Positions 26,021-33,492 of a stretch of DNA of 57,385 bases are shown one piece after another. The translations under genes and the position numbers were made by a program. Location: the NCBI GenBank assembly GCA_039811765.1, contig JBDHZF010000002.1:1-57385 (forward strand), read 5' to 3'. Under the pieces are notes generated by a model. That model worked only from the letters and a program-made list of their open reading frames with translations. It was not told the origin of the DNA and made no database searches. The number at the start of each line of letters is the position of its first letter. The first letter of the stretch is position 1. The DNA comes from Thermoleophilia bacterium (GTDB lineage Bacteria; Actinomycetota; Thermoleophilia; Gaiellales; SKUG01).

Positions 26021-26698
26021 CTACACAGCGATGCCGAGCACGATGATCACGAACAGGCCGTATCGTTCGGCGATGTGGTGCGGATGCCACGGGGTCATGC
26101 CGGCACGCTCGGCGATGCGCGGCACCATCAGCTCCCCCACCACGCCGATTGCGAACCCGACGAGCGCTGCTGCGTCGCTCCAGCCGCCAAACGCGATCGT
26201 CAGCACCCCCCAGTAGACCTGCATCACCATGATCCCGAGCGCATAGCGTCGGCAGGTGGTGCGATGGTTGGGATCCTCGCGGGCCGCGCGCAGCCACTGC
26301 GTGACGAGCGCGGTGCGCATGATGCAGTAGCCGATCACTTGGACCGTGCCGAGCCCTTGCCCGGATTCGGCGATGCCGATCGCCATCACCACCACGCCGA
26401 TCATCTGCACCATCGTGAGCAGGCGGAAGGGGACGTCGTCCGTGTCGTAGGCCGACGCGAACCACGTGAAGTTCATCCACGCCCACCAGATCGCGAAGAA
26501 GCCCGTGGCGAAGTGGACGAGTCCGTCCGCCACGTGATGGGCGGCGATGTCGTGGTGCAAGTTGCGCGCGGCGAACGCCACGGCGACGACGAAGGCGAGG
26601 TCGAAGAACAGCTCGAGCTGACTCGCCACGCGGTGCTGTTCGGCGCCGCGTCCGGTCATGCGGCGGCGCTTGGTGATGCGGATCCCGTGCTCGTTCAT
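26021..26698 (-). CDS. LtrA (low temperature requirement A)-family membrane protein; shortened and interrupted by an in-frame TAG, so possibly a pseudogene
   Basis: ELFFDLAFVVAVAF, WWAWMNFTWFASAYDTDD and AERYGLFVIIVLG, then TAG. The frame continues with 39 further codons, a hydrophobic run followed by a charged tail (CASVGLDLQWVLLVMFAAPTLLVG...), to a second stop at ~25903. Confidence 0.6.
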   Translation of the reverse strand: MNEHGIRITKRRRMTGRGAEQHRVASQLELFFDLAFVVAVAFAARNLHHDIAAHHVADGLVHFATGFFAIWWAWMNFTWFASAYDTDDVPFRLLTMVQMIGVVVMAIGIAESGQGLGTVQVIGYCIMRTALVTQWLRAAREDPNHRTTCRRYALGIMVMQVYWGVLTIAFGGWSDAAALVGFAIGVVGELMVPRIAERAGMTPWHPHHIAERYGLFVIIVLGIAV

Positions 26699-26723
26699 GC
26701 ACGGATCCTGACGAGCAGGGCGG

Positions 26724-26924
26724 CTACGCCACGTCGGCGTGCGAGTCCGGGAGCGCCGGCGCTTGGAACGCCGGTGAATCTTCCACCGGCACCGCAGCAG
26801 GCTCGGCCGTGGTCGCGGCGAGTTCGTCGGCTGCGTCGAGGCCCGCTCGATCGGCGAAGATCGCGACCACGAACAGCAACACGAAGGACGTGAGCGTGAT
26901 GAGTGCGAGCGTGAGGTCTTCCAT
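26724..26924 (-). CDS. small single-TM hypothetical protein (66 aa)
   Basis: ATG 26924 preceded by GAAGGA. MEDLTLALITLTSFVLLFVVAIF. The ORF could extend to ATG 27056. GC3 is lower than in core genes. Confidence 0.4.
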   Translation of the reverse strand: MEDLTLALITLTSFVLLFVVAIFADRAGLDAADELAATTAEPAAVPVEDSPAFQAPALPDSHADVA

Positions 26925-27729
26925 CGCGATGGTCCTTCGTCCGGGCTGACGGCACGACAACCCGAATGGTGGATCGGACGCCGCGAAGGGGTTGTCCCAC
27001 GCAACACCTTCGATCAAACCGCCGTCGGGCGGCCAATGCTCGGCCACGTCGCGCATGCCGATATGCGCGTTCGACCCTCGCCTACACGCCGTGAATCTGC
27101 TGACCACCTAGTCGACAGCCACCACCACCTACCGCCGAATACCTGATTTTGCAGGCATTTTCCTACTACCTAGGTGCGTCCTCGGTGAGATAGGTAATTC
27201 CACCGACTCGGTAGACGGCACGCCGTGGGACAGTGATCTTGCAAGGCAGCGAGGAACCAACCGCCCGGAGCGTCGGGATCACACGGAAGGGAAACCGCGA
27301 GCGCCGCCCGTGCCACGGAAGGCACCGGATCCGCCAGGTCCGGGGGATGGTCGCCGCCAGGCGGAGGTGTACTTCGCTGCCAAGCGCCGGATTCGCAACC
27401 GGGATCTTCGATCGAGGGGGACGCCGCCTCGCGATCAACACGAAGATCACAGCCACCGGAGCGAGTGCGAACCGACATACCGCTCTACCAGCACGACGCT
27501 GCTGAGCGGGAGCTTTTCGACAACGCGAACGTCTACACACCGCCACGATCCGTCCCACGTCCCAAACGCAAGACTTCGTGGCAATCACAGCCAGGTCCGT
27601 CCATCCGTCCCACACCGGAAACGACCTGGCACCAGCGGCCCCGACCCCGCCCGCCGTCCAACGGGCACAGCGGTCGGGGCCGCAATTTCTTCTTCGCACA
27701 TCGATGAAACAGATGCGGCGCGGAGCGCG
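26925..27729. other. ~0.8-kb stretch with no convincing ORF, lower GC and many local hairpins; candidate structured RNA or decayed gene
   Basis: Overlapping ORFs (27166-27888 minus strand, 27310 onward plus strand) are Arg/Cys/His-rich with GC3 of about 66% by hand count. Hairpins include GTGCC-acggaa-GGCAC and GATCTTCG...CGAAGATC (27404-27448). Confidence 0.3.
27637..27696 (+). terminator. intrinsic-terminator-like hairpin with a T-rich tail
   Basis: GGCCCCGACC (27637-27646) pairs with GGTCGGGGCC (27672-27681) and is followed by GCAATTTCTTCTTCG. Confidence 0.45.
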
Positions 27730-28374
27730 ATGAACCGGTTGGACTGGCCGAATGGCCAAGATGGGACGACGGGACGAATCATGAACATTGCAGCACGACT
27801 TGGATTGGTCGCCGCAGGCGCTGCCGTGGGTGGCGGCGCGATGTATGCGATGCATGCCTCCGTAGCCAAGGTTTGGGAGAACCGACAACAGGACATCGCC
27901 GCGCGCAGCGACACCGCGCAGGCCGAGTGGGACGCGTTCAGGAATGAGGCGGAAACGCAGTTCCCCGGCTTAGAGCTGAATTCGCGCGAGGATCACGCAC
28001 GGTTCGACGCGTTTCTGAAGCAGCATCCGGCACCGTCATGGATCACTGTCCAGCACGAGGGTTACACGCGCGCGCACTTGTCCACGCACGGGTTCTTGCC
28101 GAGCGGTTTGCAACGACCGATCGGCGAGGAAGTCGCGTACCCGGTCGGATTCGGCGGGATGTTCGCGCTCGGCGGCGCGGGATACGCGATCATGGAGCTC
28201 GCACGGCCGAGCGCCAAGACGCTCGCAGGCAAGATCGGCGCCACAGCCGGGGCCGCGGCGATCGCGGCGCTTGGCGTCGGCATGGTGCTCGGCGGCCTGC
28301 AAGTCGGCAAGTTCAAGGAGACCGCGTACGCGCACTCCGACACGATCGTTGCCGGCGTGAACGTGTACCGCTGA
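27730..28374 (+). CDS. hypothetical membrane protein (Gly/Ala-rich TM segments)
   Basis: ATG 27730 (GGAGCG upstream) or ATG 27781. MNIAARLGLVAAGAAVGGGAMY and C-terminal GKIGATAGAAAIAALGVGMVLGGL. Atypical codons (TTA, AAT, ATT). Confidence 0.6.
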   Translation: MNRLDWPNGQDGTTGRIMNIAARLGLVAAGAAVGGGAMYAMHASVAKVWENRQQDIAARSDTAQAEWDAFRNEAETQFPGLELNSREDHARFDAFLKQHPAPSWITVQHEGYTRAHLSTHGFLPSGLQRPIGEEVAYPVGFGGMFALGGAGYAIMELARPSAKTLAGKIGATAGAAAIAALGVGMVLGGLQVGKFKETAYAHSDTIVAGVNVYR

Positions 28375-28399
28375 CGCTCGGCTCGCTCGCGACGATGGC

Positions 28400-29590
28400 T
28401 CAGTCGGCGGTCGCGCCGGGAAACGCCCACGCCGGATGCAGGATCGCGTGATGGTGCGCGTCCTCGCCGCTGGCATGGGCGGGTGAGGACAACGCAAGCT
28501 GCGCGAGCGGATGGTCGAGTTCGAGGCCAGGTTGGTCTTCGGGCGCGTCGAACGGCGCGACGAACGCGTGGAATGCGTCGAGCAGCTCCGCGTCGTGGAA
28601 TCCGGCGAGCAGGGTCGGCCCGGATTCGCAGAGCACATCGTTGATGCCGTGTTCGGCGAGGCGTGCGAGCGTCCAGCCGCCGATGCAGGGATCGCCGGGG
28701 CCGCATTCGGGAGCGCGCCACACCTCCGCGCCAGCTGCCTCGAGCGCGAGCTGCGGATCGAGCGGCGCGTCGTGCGCGCACACGACGAGCACTGGCGCGG
28801 CATCGATGGTGCGTACGAGCTGCGAATCGAGCGGCGTGCGCAGACGGCGATCGAAAACGATGCGCGTGGGTGGCACGGGCGTTCGGTCGACGAGCACACC
28901 GCGCACGGTGAGCAGCGGGTCGTCGGCGAGCACGGTGCCGATGCCCACGAGCACCGCGCCCGATCCGGCGCGCAGGTACTGCACGTGTTCGCGGCTGGTC
29001 TCGCCGCTGATCCAGCGACGGTTCGGATCGCCGGTCGCGAAGCGACCGTTGCGCGTCATCGCCCACTTCGCGGTGAGGTAGGCGCGTCCGCGCAAGTGCA
29101 CGGAGTGGAACCCGGCGTTCTGTTGCAGCGCGCGGCGTTCGATATCGATCGGCGCGCGTGCCACGTCGATGCCCGCGGCGCGAAGCTTCGCCGGGCCGAT
29201 CCCGGCAGTGACGGTGTTCGCGTCGCTGGATGCATAGACGACGCGGCGAACGCCGTGCTCGATGATCGCGTCGGTGCACGGCGGCGTGGAGCCATGGTGG
29301 CTGCATGGTTCGAGCGACACGTAGAGCGTGGCGTGCTCGGGCACGGGATGAGTCAAGTCGTCGAGCAGCGCGCGTTCGGCGTGGGCCGCGCCTTTGCGAA
29401 CGTGGTGGCCGGTGCCGATCACGGCGCCGTCGGGCAGCGCGAGCACGGCGCCGACGACGGGATTCGGTCGCGCGCCGGGGCGGCCGAGTTCCGCAAGTTC
29501 GATGGCGCGTTCGAGCATCGCGCGGTCAATCGAGTCATTGGTACGAGGCACCGACGCGGCGCCGACGCAGTCGAACGCGTCGCCGTTCAC
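28400..29590 (-). CDS. ribD: bifunctional riboflavin biosynthesis deaminase/reductase RibD
   Basis: NPVVGAVL, HAERALL and LEPCSHHGSTPPC (CMP/dCMP deaminase zinc site), then the reductase domain. GTG 29590 overlaps the rsmB TGA (GTGA). The track ORF is open to 29887. Confidence 0.88.
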   Translation of the reverse strand: MNGDAFDCVGAASVPRTNDSIDRAMLERAIELAELGRPGARPNPVVGAVLALPDGAVIGTGHHVRKGAAHAERALLDDLTHPVPEHATLYVSLEPCSHHGSTPPCTDAIIEHGVRRVVYASSDANTVTAGIGPAKLRAAGIDVARAPIDIERRALQQNAGFHSVHLRGRAYLTAKWAMTRNGRFATGDPNRRWISGETSREHVQYLRAGSGAVLVGIGTVLADDPLLTVRGVLVDRTPVPPTRIVFDRRLRTPLDSQLVRTIDAAPVLVVCAHDAPLDPQLALEAAGAEVWRAPECGPGDPCIGGWTLARLAEHGINDVLCESGPTLLAGFHDAELLDAFHAFVAPFDAPEDQPGLELDHPLAQLALSSPAHASGEDAHHHAILHPAWAFPGATAD

Positions 29591-30876
29591 GCGGATGCCT
29601 CCGCGTCGCGGCGCATGCGCGCGATGAAGAAGCCGTCCGCGCCTTTGCTCGGCCACGTGCGCTGCACCGACTCGACGGTCAATCCGGGCGGCAGATGCTC
29701 GATGATCGACTCGTCCTCCGCGGCGAGAATCGAGCAGGTGGAATAGACGAGCACGCCGCCGGGTCGTACGAGCGTCGCCGCGGTCGCGAGCAGTCGACGC
29801 TGCAACTCGACCAGCTCGTCGATGCCCTCCTCCGTGCGCTTCCAGCGCGCGTCCGGGCGAGCTGCGAGCACGCCGGTTCCCGAGCACGGCGCGTCGAGCA
29901 GCACACGGTCGAACGGATTAGTCTCGTCGAGCATGTCGAGCGTGAGGGTGGTCGCGTCCGCCTGCACGACGCACAGCCGATCGGCCACGCCGACTCGCGT
30001 GGCGAGCGCACGGATCGAATCGGCGCGATGCTCGTGCAGCTCCACGGCGACGAGCGCGCCGTCTGGTCCGACGAGCTGCGCCGCATGCGTGGCTTTGCCG
30101 CCGGGCGCGGCGCACATGTCGAGCACGCGCTCGCCAGGTTGCGGATCGAGCGTGCGCACGACGAGTTGCGAGGCAAGCGACTGTGGCACGAGTTCGCCTC
30201 GATCGATGCGATCGGCCAGGTGCGCCGTGCTTCCGCCGACGACGATCGATTCGCCGGTCGTGGTGTCGCGGAACGCCGCCGGGTGCGGTTCGTTCATCGC
30301 GCGTAGTTCGGCGATCGCGTCGTCGCCCATGTCGGCACGCAGGCGATGAACGAGCCACTCGGGCATCGACACGAGCGTGGCGATGTCGGAGTCCTTGGTC
30401 GGATCGAGCGCATCGAGGATCAATTCGCCGTCGACCTGCGCACGACGCAAGATCGCGTTCGTGAACGCCACAGCGCGCTCGCCGACCACGCCGCGCACGA
30501 TTTCCACTGCCTGGTCGACTGCGGCGTGCGCGCTCTCGGCTCGCAGCTCGAGCAGTTCGTAGCAGCCGAGACGAAGCGCATGGAGCACTGGCGGATCGAG
30601 CTTGTGCAGCGGCCGCTTGCCGAGCGTGGCGATCACATGGTCGACGCGTTTGGCTTGCTGGACCGTGCCGTACGCCAGCCGCTGTGCGAAGGCTCGCTCG
30701 CGCGGATCGTCGTCGAGCTCGAGCTGCTGCACCACGCCGGCGAATGCGCGATCGGTCCACGCGTCCTCGTCGAACGTGCGACGGATCGTGAGCCACGCTG
30801 CCCAGCGTGCGCGAGTCACCTTGGAGGGTCGACGCAGGCGACGCTGGTTGCGGGTTCGCTGCGACGGGATCGCCAT
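29587..30876 (-). CDS. rsmB: 16S rRNA (cytosine967-C5)-methyltransferase RsmB
   Basis: 429 aa. NusB-like N-terminus, then VLDMCAAPGGKATH and FDRVLLDAPCSGTGV, and YSTCS. Confidence 0.88.
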   Translation of the reverse strand: MAIPSQRTRNQRRLRRPSKVTRARWAAWLTIRRTFDEDAWTDRAFAGVVQQLELDDDPRERAFAQRLAYGTVQQAKRVDHVIATLGKRPLHKLDPPVLHALRLGCYELLELRAESAHAAVDQAVEIVRGVVGERAVAFTNAILRRAQVDGELILDALDPTKDSDIATLVSMPEWLVHRLRADMGDDAIAELRAMNEPHPAAFRDTTTGESIVVGGSTAHLADRIDRGELVPQSLASQLVVRTLDPQPGERVLDMCAAPGGKATHAAQLVGPDGALVAVELHEHRADSIRALATRVGVADRLCVVQADATTLTLDMLDETNPFDRVLLDAPCSGTGVLAARPDARWKRTEEGIDELVELQRRLLATAATLVRPGGVLVYSTCSILAAEDESIIEHLPPGLTVESVQRTWPSKGADGFFIARMRRDAEASA

Positions 30877-31847
30877 CAGGTCCTCGCGGGGCGTTGCTCC
30901 GGGGCAGTAGCCCGCTCGAGCGGCACGCGCAAACCGCGCAGCCAGTCGCCAGCCGCCATGCGACGCTTTCCGGGCGGTTGCAACTCGAGCACGTCGAGCG
31001 CGCGGTCAGCGGCGCCGATCAGCAGCCGTTCGGAGTCGTGCCAGATCGCGCCGGGCTTCCCTGCCACGGGAGCGTCGGCGGTGGCGATCCGCGTTCTCCA
31101 GATGCCGAGTCGCTGGCCGTCCACCTCGAGCCACGCGCCGACGTGCGGGCTGAGCGCGCGGATTCGATCGTGCAGTTCGCGCGCCGGGCGGGCCGGGTCG
31201 AGCATGCGATCCTCGGCCGCGATCTTGTGCGCGTACGTTGCGCCCTCCGCCGGTTGCTCGGTGAACTCGAGCGTGCCAGCGTCCGCGCGTTCGAGCGCGT
31301 CGAACAGGATTCGCGCACCGGCGGCTTCGAGCTCGGCGAACACCTCGCCCGCGTCCTCGTCCACCGTGATCGGCACTTGGGCGCGCAGGGCGATCGGGCC
31401 CGTGTCGAGCCCCGCCTCCATGCGCATGATGTCCACGCCGGTGATGGTTGCGCCGTCCATGATCGCGCGCTCGATCGGCGCGGCGCCACGGTACTTGGGC
31501 AGGATCGAGCCGTGCACGTTCAGCATCAGAAAGTCGCTGAGCAGCGGCTCGCGCACCATCTGACCGAACGCGGCGACGACGAACGTGGTGACGCCAAGGT
31601 CGCGGTAGAGCTCGAGCAGCTCCGGCTCGTGCATGCGCTCTGGCTGCACCAGGCGCACGCCACGATCCTTCGCGAGCTGGGCGACTGGCGGGCTCGCGAG
31701 CTGCTTGCCGCGCCCCTTCGGACGATCCGGCTGGCTGACGACGAGCACGAGGTCGTTTCGCCCGGGCCGGCCGTCGCCTGGGCCGTCGAGCAACGCGCGC
31801 AGCATGGCTGCGCCGAACGGCGCTGTGCCGGCGAAGGCGATCGCCAT
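30876..31847 (-). CDS. fmt: methionyl-tRNA formyltransferase
   Basis: 323 aa. LNVHGSILPKYRGAAPIERAI. ATGA overlap with rsmB. Lies 1 nt after def. Confidence 0.92.
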   Translation of the reverse strand: MAIAFAGTAPFGAAMLRALLDGPGDGRPGRNDLVLVVSQPDRPKGRGKQLASPPVAQLAKDRGVRLVQPERMHEPELLELYRDLGVTTFVVAAFGQMVREPLLSDFLMLNVHGSILPKYRGAAPIERAIMDGATITGVDIMRMEAGLDTGPIALRAQVPITVDEDAGEVFAELEAAGARILFDALERADAGTLEFTEQPAEGATYAHKIAAEDRMLDPARPARELHDRIRALSPHVGAWLEVDGQRLGIWRTRIATADAPVAGKPGAIWHDSERLLIGAADRALDVLELQPPGKRRMAAGDWLRGLRVPLERATAPEQRPART

Positions 31848-31848
31848 G

Positions 31849-32436
31849 TCAGGGCTTGGGCCGGAGTCGACCCATCGCCTCGGCGCGGGCGGCTGGATCC
31901 TCGACGCGATCGATCATCAGCACGCCGTCGAGATGGTCGATCTCGTGCTGGAACACGCGCGCGTAGTAGTCGTCGAGCTCCCACTCGCGATCCTCGCCGG
32001 ACGGCGTCTTCGCGGCGACCTTCACGGAGATCGAGCGGCGCACGGGCACGCGCACGTCGTCGCCGAGCGAGAGGCAGCCTTCGACGTCGATGTCAGTCTC
32101 GTCGCTGCGCCACGTGATCTGCGGGTTCACGACCGCCTCGGCGGGGCCTTCGTCGGGCTGGAACGTGAACATGCGAAGGCGCAGGCCGAGCTGCGGCGCG
32201 GCGAGTCCCACGCCGTACGCGTCGCCCATGATGCTGGTCATGCGCTCCACGAGCGCGGCGAGTTCGTCGTCGAAGTCCACGACGTCGCTGGTGGGCGCGC
32301 GCAGCACCGGATCCGGATACTGGCGCACGTGACGCAGCGCCATCTGGCGACGCTGCTCGACGGCGGGCGGCAATCGATCGTCGTCATGCTCGGATTCGCT
32401 GCTGTTCTTGCGGCGCTTGGTGGCGGAAGTTTCCAT
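31849..32436 (-). CDS. def: peptide deformylase
   Basis: 195 aa with motifs GVGLAAPQLG, EGCLS and HEIDHLDG. Confidence 0.92.
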   Translation of the reverse strand: METSATKRRKNSSESEHDDDRLPPAVEQRRQMALRHVRQYPDPVLRAPTSDVVDFDDELAALVERMTSIMGDAYGVGLAAPQLGLRLRMFTFQPDEGPAEAVVNPQITWRSDETDIDVEGCLSLGDDVRVPVRRSISVKVAAKTPSGEDREWELDDYYARVFQHEIDHLDGVLMIDRVEDPAARAEAMGRLRPKP

Positions 32437-32513
32437 GTTGGAAGGCTAGCAGCTTCCCCTGCCGCATCCACGGCCGCTCGCGCGCGTGCGGCGAGTGCCG
32501 TCCCGCGCACTGT

Positions 32514-32619
32514 TGCCGGCAAACCCGCGTCGAACACGGATCCACCGGCACAAGACGCGTACACGCCACGACCTCTGCCGACAAACCCATGCCAAACACG
32601 GATCTGACGGCACAAGACG
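32514..32619. repeat. two tandem family-B units, period 62 nt
   Basis: TGCCGGCAAACCCGCGTCGAACACGGATCCACCGGCACAAGACG (from 32514) and TGCCGACAAACCCATGCCAAACACGGATCTGACGGCACAAGACG (from 32576). Related to the 22486-22535 hairpin. Lies in the divergent def / methyltransferase intergenic region. Confidence 0.75.
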
Positions 32620-32682
32620 GGCGTGACGGGTTCGAATCGCGGGCAGGTGGGGCGACCGCGCACTCCGGGTACGGCTCGCAGC

Positions 32683-33468
32683 ATGGAACTCAGCGAGCAT
32701 GCGGTGCGCAATCGCGCGCAATGGAACGAATGGGCGAGCGACTTCGTGCCGAGCGCGGAACACAACTGGGCCACGCCCGACGTAACGTGGGGCGTATGGG
32801 ACATCCCCGAACGCGACGCGGGGCTGTTCGGCGACGCAGGCATCGAGCAGTGGGCTGGCACAGACGTGATCGAGCTCGGTTGCGGCGCGGGATACGTCTC
32901 CAGCTGGCTAGCGCGAGCGGGCGCTCGCGTGATGGGGATCGACGTCAGCGACGAGCAGCTCGCCACCGCGCGCAGGCTGCACGAGCAGCATCTCGACGAA
33001 CTCGCAGGTTCGATCGAGTGGATTCAGGCCAGTGCCGAGGCCGTTCCATTGCCCGACGCGTCGTTCGACTTGGCGATCAGCGAGTACGGCGCATGCCTGT
33101 GGTGCGATCCGCAGTTGTGGGTGCCGGAAGCCGCGCGATTGCTTCGCCCTGGCGGGCAACTCGTCTTTCTGACCAACGGCGTGCTGCAGGTGCTATGCAT
33201 GGACGAACCAGGCCTCGCCACGACCCGCGAACTGCACCGGCCGCTGTTCGGCATGCACCGGATGGAGTGGGACGATGACGATGGCGTCGAGTTTCACCTG
33301 TCGCACGGCGAGTGGATCCGACTGCTGGGCGAGCACGGATTGCAGGTGGAGCGACTGATCGAGCTGCGCGCGCCGGAGGATGCCGGACCGGTTCGGTGGC
33401 AACACGCGAACGCGGAGTGGTCGCGCAGTTGGCCGTTCGAGGAGGCGTGGGTGACGCGGCGAGCATAG
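32683..33468 (+). CDS. class I SAM-dependent methyltransferase
   Basis: ATG 32683 (MELSEHAV...). Motif I VIELGCGAGYVSSWLA and post-I GIDVSDEQL. Confidence 0.8.
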   Translation: MELSEHAVRNRAQWNEWASDFVPSAEHNWATPDVTWGVWDIPERDAGLFGDAGIEQWAGTDVIELGCGAGYVSSWLARAGARVMGIDVSDEQLATARRLHEQHLDELAGSIEWIQASAEAVPLPDASFDLAISEYGACLWCDPQLWVPEAARLLRPGGQLVFLTNGVLQVLCMDEPGLATTRELHRPLFGMHRMEWDDDDGVEFHLSHGEWIRLLGEHGLQVERLIELRAPEDAGPVRWQHANAEWSRSWPFEEAWVTRRA

Positions 33469-33492
33469 GTGTGTCGCTGATTGCGCGCAGCG

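Noticed and set aside
27150-27700. Identification of the non-coding stretch as RNase P RNA, tmRNA, SRP RNA or an FMN riboswitch
   Set aside because: It lacks GAGGAAAGTCCGG and ACAGAA-N-GGCTTA (RNase P). It lacks the GGGG...GGTTTCGAC start and tag ORF (tmRNA). CCAGGTCCGG is not followed by AAGGAAGCAGCC (SRP). GGTAATTCCACCGACTCGGTAGAC only superficially resembles the RFN core. It is left as unknown.
27465-27707. 80-aa Pro-rich ORF (MRTDIPLYQHDAAERELFDN...)
   Set aside because: It has no RBS and low GC3, and it runs through the terminator-like hairpin. It is more likely non-coding.
32514-32619. Possibility that the 62-nt-period repeats (also at 6248-6345 and 38618-38730) are mini CRISPR arrays
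   Set aside because: There are only two units per locus. The repeated part (~45 nt) is longer than the variable part (~17 nt). The sequence differs between loci, and no cas genes are in the window.
32618-32650. tRNA-like GGGTTCGAATC T-loop sequence
   Set aside because: Flanking bases do not form a T-stem and no acceptor or anticodon arms can be drawn. No tRNA or rRNA genes were recognised anywhere in the window.
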